From contig OX597815.1 in NCBI GenBank assembly GCA_951406725.2, positions 49,166,001 to 49,230,000 on the forward strand: DNA of 64,000 nt, given 5' to 3'. The notes below the pieces were generated by a model. That model did not search any database, was not told the origin of the DNA, and saw only the letters and a list, made by a program, of their open reading frames with translations. This stretch comes from Octopus vulgaris. Lineage: Eukaryota. The translations under genes and the position numbers were made by a program. Shown piece by piece: positions 1 through 12,590 of this stretch (within the stretch, counting starts at the first letter, position 1; each line of letters starts with the position of its first letter).

Positions 1-680
1 GCACTAACATAAGATAGTTGCCTCTATTATATGAATCTATGTTATTGGAAATACCTCATGTTAGTTTATCAGCCATACTTTGCCAGGCTGGCTAAAGGCA
101 TGTTGGAAGAGGGCATTAATTTTGGAGTTTTCCTTCTCTTTGATTGCCTGCTTTCATCGCAGCAAAGGAAGCTCAATCTATCCTTACAAAAAGTATGTTT
201 AACCCACTGATGTGACCCTCACAGATACTACAGTTCCGAGTCAGAACGGACCTGGGAGTAATGGTAACTAAGGGACGATTCCACACTTCCTACATTTCCA
301 GAACACCTGAAGTGGAACATCACCAATGGATGCTGTTTAATGTCATATCCCTTACTCAATCAAATCTGTGCTAAAGTGTGAAAAATCCTTTGAGCATAGG
401 TTGCTACGCAAGGTGAGCTGATCTAGGGCAAAACACCGACCCCGGTTCTTGACTGGTACTTATTTTGGTACCTTTTGGTTATCTCACCCCCATTAAAAAT
501 ATTGGGTTATCTCCCCATGTTCTATGAAAAAATATCAGTACTTTTGATTATCTCCCCCAGCTAAAACATTGTTTAACCCTGAATAAAACAACAAAAAAAG
601 AAAAAATTAATATACGTGAAAATTTAATAAATTAGTCATCTTATTGAATCTAATAACATTTTTATAACAAATCATACCAT

Positions 681-846
681 ACGCGCAGGAGTGGCTGTGT
701 CGTAAGTAGCTTGCTTACCAACCACATGGTTCTGGGTTCAGTCCCATTGTGTGGCACCTTGGGAAAGTGTCTTCTACTATAGCCTCGGGCTGACCAAAGC
801 CTTGTGAGAGGATTTGGTGGACGGAAACTGAAAGAAGTTCGTCGTA

Positions 847-919
<73 letters not shown>

Positions 920-1110
920 ATGTTTATGTGTCTGTGTTTGTCCTCCCCCCCCCAACATTGCTTGACAACCGATGGTGGTGTGTTTACGTCCCCATAACTT
1001 AGCGGTTCGGCAAAAGAGACCGACAGAATAAGTACTAGGCTGACAAAGAATAAGTCCTGGGGTCGATTTGCTCGACTAAAAAATGACTGAAACAAGTGAA
1101 AGATAAAAGA
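681..1110 (+). mobile_element. tRNA-derived SINE, family A, with internal (TA)n(TG)n tract
   Basis: Head GCGCAGGAGTGGCTGTGT-GTAAG (A box) and GGTTCAGTCCC (B box-like); body repeated about 15 times in the window; AAAG-rich tail. Confidence 0.9.
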
Positions 1111-1339
1111 AGAAAGAAAGAGATACGTGAAAACTGAAAAAGATTAGTCATTTTATTGAATCTAATAACATTTTTATAACAAATCATGCCATGCCTATTG
1201 CGGAGGCCAATCATCATTAATGCGTTGAAGTATTGAATCAAAAGAACCTAAACCCTTTTAATCCAGTCTCTTATTGTCACACACTCAATTTTTTTAGTGG
1301 AGAGGTAACCCAATTTTTTAATGGTAATTTTTTAATGGG

Positions 1340-1495
1340 AAAAGTACCATTATTTTATCGACCCGAAAGGATGAAAGGACAAACTTCTGCAAGTCGATGA
1401 AGGTCGATGAAATAATTGCCATTCGAGTTCTGGGGTCGATGTAAGCCTCTTGTCCCTCCCCTAAATTGCCGGCCTTGTACCAAAATTAGAAAGAA
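1340..1495. mobile_element. Rearranged fragments of SINE family B
   Basis: TTTTATCGACCCGAAAGGATGAAAGG (minus orientation), then CTGGGGTCGATGTA...GGCCTTGTACCAAAATT (plus orientation), matching B copies elsewhere. Confidence 0.6.
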
Positions 1496-1900
1496 TTATC
1501 AGTCAGTTTAAAATGACCAATAATGAAAGACTTGGTTCCAGAGACAAATAAGATTAAAATTGTCAATAAATTCTTCCGCAAGTCAAATCTTATTTTGAAA
1601 TTCCTCGTTGGCTTTGACAATAACGATTTCTTACTTGGCACAACACCTGAAATAATATGTCGCTAGGCTCTAGAGTACATATGATACTGAAAAAAAAAAA
1701 AAAAAAAGAAATGGTCGGCGCAACACTTCTCAAAACAAAGAAGCGGGATGAAATCGGTTTCGAAACTGAATCCTGGAACTACTCTACTCTCCAGAGGAAC
1801 TTCGTCGTTACCCTCCTCCTCCTCCTCACGACCTCTCACCCTATGCCAATCAATTCAGGGACCAAATGTTATCTTTCTTTCACTACGTCACCTTTGCTAC

Positions 1901-3290
1901 ACTTACGTCTCTCGCCCTCCATTCCGCCCAATCCCTTAAGACACAACATAACTGGGTGTTATTATTATTATTAGTATCATTATTATTATTATTATTAGTC
2001 GTAGTAGTAGTAGTAGTAGTAGTAGTAGGGGTAGGGAGATGTAGGAGGTGGTGGCAGCGTCCTGAAGCAAAAAAACCTGGGTACAACGGTGGCGGTGGTA
2101 GCGGTGTTGGAGGAGGTTTCTCTCTTTCGTTTTATTTATGGGTTTCACATCCTCCCTCGCACCCTCACCTTCCACTTCCTTCTACCTTTACATCCCTTCC
2201 TCTTTGTAAAAATTGTTGTTGTTATAGTAATTGTTGTTGTTGTTGTTGTCGTCGTCGCCTCTATTTGCAGGCGCACGCCAGCTGTTATTTATTCGTGTGT
2301 GAGGCTGGGGGTTTAGAATGCTTTAAACATCTGGTAGTTTGCAGGTCCTCTGAGTGTCAAAGACTACTTATGAAGAGGCCCGCCTGAAATTTAGAGGTAC
2401 CGCCGCGCAGAAGATAGAGACTACTGAAAGAAAATAGATAGTGGCGGTGGAGGTGGAGGTGGAAGTGTCTTTAGTAGTGGTGGTGTTGGTGATGAGGGTA
2501 GGGTAGAAGGGATGAGGGAGTGAGAGAGAACGGTGGGGGCAAGGGCATTAGGGAATGCGCCTGTCTGTGATTGTCGCTTGTTGCTCTTTGGTTTTACTCT
2601 TCCCGCTTTTTACTCCACTACCACCGCCACCACCGCCGCCACCATCACCACCGCACACACATTTTTTACCGTCACCGCCACCATCTCCACCAACGTCACT
2701 ATCGTCACCAGCAGCACATCAGTGACAATAACAATAACAAGTTTTAAATATTAGAAGATTTGGTAAGATTAGAAGCTTAAAAAAAAAAGAGGAAGAAGAA
2801 GAAGAAGAAGAAGAAGAAGAAGAAGAGAGCGAGCAGCGGAAAGGAGTATGTGTGGGTGGGTAAGTGAAGTTGAAACGAAAGCCGGATGCCAAGAACCATA
2901 GGGAGTAAGCCGAAAGAAGCGTCTACAGCGTCAGGCACCGGAAGGAAGTTTCCCTCCATCGACTTTGTTATAAACTATTTGTTTGAGTTCATTGATATTT
3001 TATGAATGACGGTCTCAAATGTTCAATTAGTAAGTCACGTTGATGAGAAAAAGGAGAGGAGAATGAGAGGGGGAGGGAGGTAAGGAAGGAGGGATGAAGG
3101 GAGCGGGTGACAGTAAGGTAACAAGATACAACAGAAGGAGAGAGAGACAAGGAGGTGTACAAGGTAACGAGATTTCAAGAAAAGAGGAATGGGAAGAGAA
3201 TGTAATATAGATAATAGGAATACTTTTAAAGACAGACCAGAAAAAAACACAGAGAGAAGGAAAGGGGGAGGGGGAGATAGGGAGAGAGAG
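1901..3290 (-). other. GC/CpG-elevated low-complexity island; possible non-coding first exon and promoter of a minus-strand gene
   Basis: TE-free, richer in CpG than its flanks, with triplet runs; minus-strand donor-like AGAC|GTAAGT at 1901-1910; no convincing ORF. Confidence 0.25.
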
Positions 3291-3383
3291 AGATGAACAC
3301 AGACTCAGGCATGACTATTGTCAAGAAGTTCGCTTTACAACTTCGGAGTGAGTTTCAAATTCGGTTTTACTACGCGGCACCAT

Positions 3384-3942
3384 GGACGCGAAATTTGTTT
3401 TTTCCATGCGAGTTCCGGATCCCAGTTGAGAACTCATTTGCATACACCCAATCAGAGCTCAGCTATCAAACTAGAGTCCACCTAGTTACGAAAATACTCT
3501 GGTCGAGTTCAGTGGAAAATGAGTGTCATTGCAAAATTTAACTGTTCTAAACAGGTTAATAGGGGTGACAAATATGAAATTTAGAGTATAAAGTGAATGG
3601 AGATTCGCTCACCGATGAGGCCAAAAGTGTTGCCAATTTGCGTAATTTACTAGAAAATGTAAATGAGTGTAGTTTCCTAATCTCAGTCTGAGCATAGGTA
3701 CCTAATGTTAGCTCCATATAGAGATGGTGCTTAATTGATCTATGATGATGGTGAGCGGATGTGGTGCTTATGTGAAACCTGCTATGCTGTACTCACAGAG
3801 TGACATACACCGTTCTATGCCTGACTGGTTGTACTGTAATAGTACACAGTATGTGGATTTTCAAGCTGAGCTCTGATTGGCTGTATGCAAATGAGTTCAT
3901 TACTGGGGTCCGGAACTCTCGCGGGAAGAAAATTTCACGTCC
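3384..3942. mobile_element. MITE-like non-autonomous DNA element with ~85-bp imperfect TIRs, inserted in a decayed SINE
   Basis: GGACGCGAAATTT...AGTTCCGGATCCCAGT...CTCATTTGCATACACCCAATCAGAGCTCAGCT (3384-3465) is an imperfect reverse complement of 3864-3942. Confidence 0.8.
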
Positions 3943-4370
3943 TTCCTGGAGCGATTAATATCTTGTGAGTGCTACCCTTCGAGAATCACTGTTGGTTTGT
4001 TCATGACCCCGTGAATAGGTAGTTCAGCAATGGAAAGCGATAGAATAACACCAAGCTTTAAATATGAGTACTGTTCTCGATTTTTGATAGTTCTCACCGT
4101 GGCACCGCATAGATGGGGATTAGACGATCAAATCGACAACAATACTCATTTAAAAAAAAAGTTTGGACTTGTTCTATCGCTCTCTATTTGCTGAACTATT
4201 AAGTTACGGGAACAAATAACCAAGTGAAACAAGAAAGGGGTAAGAGGTGAGAATTTTGAATACTTCCGTAGAGGTTACAGCCGTTTCATGATCCGCTCCC
4301 CAAAACAAGATACCAATAACTAAGCGATATCTAAGCTTAACACGATTACGTATGAGTAAAAACAACCAAT

Positions 4371-4708
4371 AGCCGCAAGCGTGGCTGTGTGGTGAGAAGA
4401 TTGCTTCTCATCCACATGATTCCAGTTTCAGTTCCACTGCGTGGCACCTTGGGCAAGTGTCTTCTACTATAGCCTCGGGTCGACAAAAGACTTGTGAATG
4501 GATTTAGTGGACGGAAACCAAAAAAGCCTGTCGTACATATATGTATGTTTATATTTGTGTTTGTCCCACCAGCATCGCTTCACAACCGATGTTGATGTGT
4601 TCACGTCCCGTAACTTAGAATAAGTACTAGGCTTACAATGAATAAGTCCACGGGTCGATTTCTTCGATTAAAGAGTGCTCCAGCATGGCCACAAGTAAAA
4701 GAATGAAA
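4371..4708 (+). mobile_element. SINE family A
   Basis: Colinear with 681-1110, with small internal deletions. Confidence 0.88.
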
Positions 4709-4819
4709 ATATCAATGTAAGTAATCTCCAGAAATCTTGAATCTAAAAACACTTTCCACTTTATTAAAATGCAGGACAACTCCGATTAACAAAAGTAAGA
4801 TGATATAAAATCCACAAAC

Positions 4820-5535
4820 AACTCAACTTGATTTCGAGCCGGGTCGTCTGCTGCTGGAGAGGACCGATCAGGTAAAGGACCTGGGTATCTTGGTGGATTC
4901 CTCCTTTTCGCCTTCGGCCCAGTGCGTCCATGCTGCCAACAAAGCGCGCGGAATTCTGTTTTTGATTCGACGGTCATTCGGAGTGCTCACAGCAGCCATA
5001 TTCCTGCCACTCTATGTCACGCTGGTGAGACCCATATTGGAGTATGGGATTCAAGCCTCTTCTCCTTATCTCCTCAAAGACATACAGCACCTCGAAAGAG
5101 TCCAGAGGCTGGCTACCCGCCTGGTTCATGGTCTCAAAAATTTGTCCTACGAAGAAAGGCTGAGGACGCTCGACCTTTATTCTCTTGAAAAACGCCGCCG
5201 CCGTGGTGATCTCATTCTCGCCCACAACATCATAAGCGGGAAGTGTAACCTCTCGAAAGAGCTGTTCTTCACTCCTGCTCCGGAGCGTCGGCTGCGGGGT
5301 CATTCCGAAAAGCTCTACCTGCGACGATTTCATCTCAATCGAAGGAGAGGAGCTTTCTCCGTCCGGGTTGCGGATCCATGGAACAAGCTGCCAGATGAGA
5401 TGGTGAAGATGCCGACGACCGCTTTGTTCAAAGCCTCCCTGGACCTCAAGTGGCCTGAACTCTTTACATGAACACCACCCTGTACTTAACTCCATGTCCC
5501 CCTACATGGCCTTGCTATTTGCTTTTGAGCCAAAT

Positions 5536-5574
<39 letters not shown>
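4820..5574 (+). mobile_element. 5'-truncated CR1-like LINE (ORF2 C-terminus, 3' UTR, (TAAC)n tail)
   Basis: Open frame ...KDLGILVD...LYVTLVRPILEY...LERVQRLATRLV..L..LSYEERL..LDLYSLEKRRRRGDLI...FSVRV...WNKLP, typical of CR1-group ORF2; stop at 5471; perfect TAAC repeat at 5536-5574. Confidence 0.92.
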
Positions 5575-5663
5575 ATACACACACACACATACATACACAC
5601 AAACGCACACACGCACACACACACATATGTATATATCCATATCCATATATGGATCTATATATA

Positions 5664-5698
<35 letters not shown>

Positions 5699-5724
5699 AT
5701 ATAGACATACATCCATATATATAT

Positions 5725-5937
5725 GATCGCCATGTTGATTCGTTAGCTACTGCACGCATTTTTTTCTCTCCTTCTTTCTGTGTTTTTCTCTCTCTGTGTA
5801 TCTTTCTGTTGAAGAGCGTAGGCTCGAAACGTTAAAGACTTGTTTTATTTATATTTCCTGAGCGCCATACTAATACAATTGTTCGTTTGTTTTCCACCTG
5901 CCTTCGTCTTTTGTTTATTTTCATAAAGCTTCCCGTT
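5725..5937 (+). mobile_element. Short Penelope-terminal-repeat-like module embedded in (TA)n, copy 1
   Basis: Flanked on both sides by TA-rich tracts; homologous to 30970-31183; contains a hammerhead-like core. Confidence 0.65.
5801..5838 (+). ncRNA. Minimal type I hammerhead-like motif (degenerate core)
   Basis: UCUUU-CUGUUGA-A-GAGC-guag-GCUC-GAAAC-GUU-AAAGA: stems I and II pair; core A6 is changed to U. Confidence 0.55.
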
Positions 5938-5990
5938 ATATATATATATATATATATATATCCATATAGACATACATCCATATATATATG

Positions 5991-6024
<34 letters not shown>

Positions 6025-6140
6025 TATATATATATATAGATATAATAAAAGGGTAAAATTAATTAATTAAATGAATTAATTAATCAATCAATTAATTAAT
6101 AATTTTACCAAGTAGATCGGTACGTTAAAATAAACTTTAT

Positions 6141-6548
6141 AGGCGCAGGAGTAGCTGTGTGGTAAGTAGCTTGCTAACCAACTACATGGTTCCGGGTTCA
6201 GTCCCACTGCGTGGCATCTTGGGCAAGTGTCTTCTGCTATAGCACCGGGCCGACCAATGCCTTGTGAGTAGATTTGGTAGACGGAAACTGAAAGAAGCCT
6301 GTCGTATATATGTATATATATATATGTATGTGTGTGTATGTGTTTGTGTGTCTGTGTTTGTCCCCCTAGCATTGCTTGACAACCGATGCTGGTGTGTTTA
6401 CGTCCCCGTCACTTAGCGGTTCGGCAAAAGAGACCGATAAGTACTGGGCTTACAAAGAATAAGTCCCGGGGTCGATTTGCTCGACTAAAGGCGGTGCTCC
6501 AGCATGACCGCAGTCAAATGACTGAAACAAGTAAAAGAGTAAAAGAGA
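6141..6548 (+). mobile_element. SINE family A, young subfamily
   Basis: Full length; shares diagnostic variants with 40241-40650. Confidence 0.92.
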
Positions 6549-6804
6549 GAGAGGTAATATTATGCAAATATTCTACAATTATAAACATAATTATAATTAG
6601 GCGTCAGCTAATTGCTTTACCACATACCGAATTTAGAAATAAGAGTTAAAAATTCCTTTTCTGCTACTGTATGAATCTCCACGACAATAAGACATCTTTG
6701 CTTACGTAAAAAAGTGTAATAGGACGATAAAGATATATATATATATATATATTAATAAATAAAACATATGCATAGAATAAGTACTAGGCTTACAATGAAT
6801 AAGT

Positions 6805-6956
6805 CCACACACACATATAAATACATACAAAAATATATACACATATATAAATACATACATATACATGCATATACATATATATACATATATATATACATGC
6901 ATATACATATATATATACATATATATACATGCATATATATACATATATATACATAC

Positions 6957-6993
<37 letters not shown>

Positions 6994-7063
6994 CATGCAT
7001 ATATATATATATATACATGCATATCTATATATACATGCGTATATATACATATATATATATACA

Positions 7064-7098
<35 letters not shown>
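6805..7098. repeat. Degenerate (TA)n/(TACA)n microsatellite
   Basis: Direct inspection. Confidence 0.95.
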
Positions 7099-7099
<1 letters not shown>

Positions 7100-9059
7100 A
7101 AATGGGACAAGAACGCAAGACATTCAGAAGACGATACAAAAAACATGGACTGGTCATTAGATTCCTTGGAAAAAAGCTACGAACGTATACGAAACAAGGA
7201 CGGAAAAACGGACGATGATGCACGATTATAATTGAACGTTTTATGTAATTGAATAAAACAGTTATATGTTTGAAACTGTCGTTTTTAATATTTTGAACAT
7301 AACTCATAGATATTCCAGTACAACTATTGGGAATCAATAGGGTTTCAGGAAAACCAGGTTGGTAGCTGTTGATGTAGAAGTTATCTTATTGATTGTAAAA
7401 ATATTTTACATAAGTGCCGCAAGGGTTTGCCTTTATCTTTGTGTAATTATGTAGAAATACATTCTTAAGACACTGTCAAATTTATTGATAATGTTTTTTG
7501 AAACCCGTGTCGATTAAACAGATATATAATCAAATATATTACATTCCATCTCCGATTTTCTGCGGGCACAAAGTATCTTGGATGATTTTAATAATGCCTC
7601 ATTTACTTTTAAAAAGTGGTAGTGCGCAATTTGTAGGAAGATTTGGAGCCTATTTCTACGAAGTAAAAATGATGTGTAGGTGTTTCGTCATTGGGTCGTT
7701 GACTATAGATGTATTCATTGATCTCTGCTTTCATGGAAGTTTCAAGTTGATAGTAGTGGACTGATTTAATTGGTTTTTAAAGAATTTAAACAAATAAACA
7801 TCTATATCTCTGATTAACTGAGGAATTATCCTTAAATGTGGTTGTCTCAGCTTTTAATAACAGATAAGTCCCAAATACCGTCTGCAGACAACTGGACAGC
7901 ATAGCAAAAGCACGTACATCATATGTATACAGGGGGAGAGAGAAAGAGAAGAGAGGGAGAAGAACAACGGAAGATATATAGAAAGTAACTTAGAAGACAA
8001 TAATGAAGGAGATGCCCCAATTAGTAGAATTGTGATCGAAAGAATTTATGAGAAATAAATTAAGGTCTTCATTATTTGCCTGAGTTCAGTACCTCGGCGC
8101 ATTGACTTGGCTTTTTGAAGCATTTCCTTTCCTTTTTCTTTTTTCTTGTATTTTTCGTGAAAGATAATAAAAGTACAGGACGAAAAATAAGATCGATTTA
8201 TTGGCAGTACACATCTCTTTGTGTCTAATCGAAGAAAATCAATATTGTCTTTACATTCAAGATCACGAATTAGATTCGCTTCTTTATTTAATTAACTTAC
8301 CTAGGTGAAAATAATCTCTCGTCATCAGTACTAATGTATTAATTAGAGTATTAATTGATGTATTAGTTAGAGTACGACTGAACTAAAGATCTCGTCTTTG
8401 TATCATTCACCAAAGAAAAACGTTAGAATGGTGGAGCCCACTTTCTCTGTGCTATTCTAAGGTGGGGTGGACATCTGAAGATAATGCAACCGAGCGAAAC
8501 TTCCATAGAAATCACTTATGTAGCATTACTAGAGAGAACTTGAAAACGAAGAACTATATAATTAACCTGATCTACGTTCATTAAGTACCTATTTATTCAT
8601 GACTAGAATAAAATAACCGATATATGTACTCAATGGTTAAGCGAGGGTTAATACATTTAATGCAGAAATCGTTAAGATACCAATTAGTAATAGTTAAGTA
8701 GTGAGTAAACAAACAATATTAGTTAGCCAATGACAACTATTTTACTTTTTCCAGCAAGCATGGGTGACAACTCATATACGTTTCGACTTATTAAAACCTC
8801 AACAGGGAAACAAATTTGTGTCAGACTAAAGGAAAGGAACGAATGCAGCACAGCAGAGACATGTTAGCCACTCAGAAACACACAAAAAGACTGTTAATTT
8901 CACTTAAACATTTATTGCTTGTAATATAGTGAAAAATGTTTCGTCGATCGAAACTGTGGCACTACACCTCAGAGATGCACATTGGGAAAGTGTTTTTACC
9001 AATTCTTAGGATTGCCTTGAAAATGAAATTTGATAAGCGGAACTAGTGCAGAAGCTCAC

Positions 9060-9190
9060 CGGGTTCATCTACGCAAAAATACACCTGTAGGCCTTATATA
9101 TGTGCTACTTGCACAATAATTTCAAGAGCAAGCTATTCCGTAGATCGGATGAACTGGAACACTCGTTGTCGTAGCCGACGGAGTGTCCAG
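9060..9190 (+). mobile_element. 3' fragment of a SINE related to 31720-31984
   Basis: GATCGGATGAACTGGAACACTCGTTGTCGTAGCCGACGGAGTG matches the end of 31720-31984. Confidence 0.6.
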
Positions 9191-9464
9191 TTCTTCTTAT
9201 TTTTTTTGCACCATTGTTTTCAGTGGTGTTGGCTTTCAAGCAGAGACTGTGTGTATGTATGAATGAATGATAGGATATGTATGTGTGTATGTTACGTTGA
9301 CAGTAATATAGGCAGTTGCTGACAGAAAATATTGATGTGGCGGCAGTAACTGCAACCAGAGTGTCAGTTTTGTGCTTTTAGCAAGTATATATTTTGCCTA
9401 GCTGTGAAATAAAGACATTGTTAAAATCTTAATTTTCCTCTCAACAATCAAAGAAATTTAAGCT

Positions 9465-9545
9465 TCATTAGAGATCATTTGCTACTCATTAGAGATCATT
9501 TGCTACTCATTAGAGATCATTTGCTACTCATTAGAGATCATTTGC
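9465..9545. repeat. 21-bp minisatellite, about 3.9 perfect units
   Basis: (TCATTAGAGATCATTTGCTAC)n. Confidence 0.95.
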
Positions 9546-9936
9546 CTAGAGTTTATTTATCCGGAAACTTGGCAAAAGATTATTATTAATCCAAGAAATG
9601 CTACTATTACTAGCAACTTTCAACAAAAATACCAGTCATAATAACAAACATTAACTGGTATAATCCTCCTTATAATTAAATACATTCATATATGTTCTTT
9701 AGGCCTTCCTAAAACTTATCAGCACCTACTACTCTATTATTATACAAATTTCGCAAAGAAGTTGAATAAAGGTCATATTAAGTCTAGCTTATACTGTGCA
9801 AAGTTATCAAATATTTTTCCTGTTATTCGCCAGAACATAGCATGCTTCCTTTTGTATACACTTATGTATGAATGTATGTACTGGCAGTTACTTCTAACGG
9901 GTTAAGTAACTACTTACAGGCTTCTTATTTCATAGA

Positions 9937-9995
<59 letters not shown>
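9937..9995. repeat. (CTA)n microsatellite
   Basis: Direct inspection. Confidence 0.97.
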
Positions 9996-10844
9996 AATGA
10001 AATGTATCAAATAATGGTCTCTAATGACTGTAGCACGAGGTAATTTTTTAATTCCTTATTTAAATTAATTTTCATTTTTTTTCTGTGGGATGGGGTTGGT
10101 GTGGTTAACCATCAGAAAATGTCATTAATCCATCACCAGAGACACTTTAGAAAATTTTCCTGCTGTAGGTAGTGGCAAACATCCTTGAAAGTTTATAATG
10201 AAATACAGCATATTTATTTATTCATCTGTTTATATACTTATTTATTTCATTATTTATTTTCTTCTTCAGCACAGCTGTGCCGAGTTTCCAACTCTTTCAA
10301 AACATCCTAACCTTGGTAGCAGACGCTGATTCTCAGTAACTAATACTTTTGCTAAATTTCCATTATTGCAGCAATGGAAAGATTATAGATGACAAGATGA
10401 CTAATAGTAGAATCGACAAAATATTAGACATTGCTTTGTGTTGCTTAATAACGTCCCTTTTACAATTTGAGTTCAATTCCTGTCTTTGGTTAATATGTTT
10501 TAGCTAAGAACCGATATCGAGGATATTATTTAGACGAGTGGTTCTCAACCATTTTTTGCCTATGGATCCCATTTGATTCTTGTTTTACTCGGCTGAACTT
10601 CCATAACCATTCGATGTATATAAAAATATCCTATTATATTAGAATAGAAGTATTGTTTTCAGTTGTGTTAGTTTATTCGTTTGTCCGCGGACAAGATATC
10701 TCAGGAACCGCTGGATAGATTCGGATGAAATGTTCAGGGATGTTTGACCTTGTGACTGGCACGAACTGATTAGATTTTGGGATCGATCCGGTACCGGACA
10801 AGCAGTGGAAAAATTTTGACAGAGATACCAACATGGTTGAGCTT

Positions 10845-11023
10845 TTACTCTTTAGCATTCAAATTTCTGTGTCAAATGTAATGCTCATTTATTCACATTG
10901 ATTTTAATTAGTTATTCATTATGTTGTAACTTTGAGATTGCAATGTTGTGATTGTTTATTTTTAGAGTAATATTGTAGAGTAAGTTTTGGCCGGAATGAC
11001 CGGTTTAAATGCTAAAGAATTAA
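10845..11023. mobile_element. Decayed MITE with short TIRs, possibly piggyBac-type
   Basis: CTTTAGCATT near 10850 and AATGCTAAAG near 11008 are inverted; right end abuts TTAA. Confidence 0.4.
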
Positions 11024-11207
11024 TACCGAAAATAAGTTATAAGCAACATTAGGTTTTAAGTGCCGCATATTACTCGTTTTGGCATCAAAATCTACCCGCA
11101 TAATAGGTTTCCAAGATGTAACAGCATCTTTTTTTCCTTGTTTTAAATCTCTTTCTTTCCCGACGTAGCATAATAACGTTAGAAAACAATATTTCTCATT
11201 TTTAGTT

Positions 11208-11585
11208 ATCTTTTCGTTGTTTCAGTCATTTGACTGCGGTCATGCTCGAACTCCACCTTGAAGAACTTTTAGTCGAATGAATCGACCCAAGCATTTATTT
11301 TTTGCTAAGCCTGGTACTTATTCCATCGGGTTCTTTTGCTGAAGAGCTAAGTTATGGGGGCGAAAACCCAACAACACAGCTTGTCCAGCTGTGATGGAGG
11401 ACAAACACAACGACACACACACAATGGGCCTCTTTCAGTTTTCGCCTACCAAATCCACTCACATGACTTTGGTCGGCCCGAAGTTATAGTAAAAGATACT
11501 TGCCCAAGGTGCCACACAGCTGGACTAAACCCGGAACCATGTGGTTGGGAAGCAAGCTTCTTACCACACAGCCACACTTACGCCC
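11208..11585 (-). mobile_element. SINE family A (diverged)
   Basis: Reverse-complement match to family A head, body and tail. Confidence 0.85.
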
Positions 11586-12244
11586 ATTTGTCTAAGATTT
11601 TTTTTTCCAAAGGCCTGCTAGGTCCTCATAATGGCAGGTAGATATAATTTTACTGTTTTGCAGCCACATCTTTGCGAGATAGCTGATGCTCAGAGTCAGG
11701 ATAATCTTAATCATGTTGTTCGAAAGATAACTTACACATTTGTTTGTAACGGTTTGACACTTAACAAATGTTAAGGCCATATCAAGGTTATTAGACGGCC
11801 AATAAGGAATTTTGAACTTTAGTTAGAGGTCCCAGGATAAAAGTCGACTCGATAAATGTTTGACAGATGCAACAAATCATATAGCAAATCTATTTAAATA
11901 GTCAGATAGGGACTGCTGGTTGGTGAATTATGTGTTTTAAACACCAATAGTTGTACAATACGACAGATAAAATGTAAAATAACCTTGTTTAAGAAGCAAC
12001 CGAGTGACAACCTTCAACTTAGAGAAAAGTAAATTCTAAAGAATAATCTTTTGTTAAAACATGCAACGATAATCATAGGGTTTCAGGGTTGGCAAGAGAT
12101 GCCAAATTAAGTATATGTAATTTCTATTCCTTTACTATTTCTTCAATTAAGAGTCTGCTTCGTAGCTTTCCACAATCATCATAATTATAATTGCCATTGC
12201 TATTTGACTTAAAATAGTTAAGATATATTGAATATAACATTGAA

Positions 12245-12590
12245 TTCAAATTTTGGTACAAGACAAGTCGGTCTCGGTGGAATTTGAACTCAGAATGAAA
12301 GGACGGACGAAATGCCGCTAAGCTTGTTGTCCGGCATACTAACAACTCTGCCATCTCGCCGCATTTCAACAGTCATATTATATTGGTTTCAAACTTTGGC
12401 ACAATGCCAAGAATTTGTGATGGGGGAGGGGTGATTTGGTTGGGGGTGGGGGTAAGTTAATTACACCGATCATAGTTTTCAATTGGTACTTATTTTATCG
12501 ACCCCGAAAGGAATGAAAGGCAAAGTCGATCTCGGCGGAATTATGAACCCAGAACGTAAAAAACGAACGAAATGCTGCTAAGGCATATAA
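12245..12590 (-). mobile_element. Two adjacent SINE family B copies (12245-12362 and 12385-12590)
   Basis: GGAATTTGAACTCAGAA, TTATCGACCCCGAAAGG-ATGAAAGGCAAAGTCGA and GGTTTCAAACTTTGGCACA motifs. Confidence 0.8.

Noticed and set aside
4974-5495. 173-aa minus-strand ORF
   Set aside because: Antisense shadow of the CR1-like ORF2
8294-8303. Strong minus-strand donor AG|GTAAGT
   Set aside because: No matching acceptor or open frame could be established
9465-9545. 21-bp direct repeats as a CRISPR-like array
   Set aside because: Units are contiguous with no spacers, in a eukaryotic context with no cas genes
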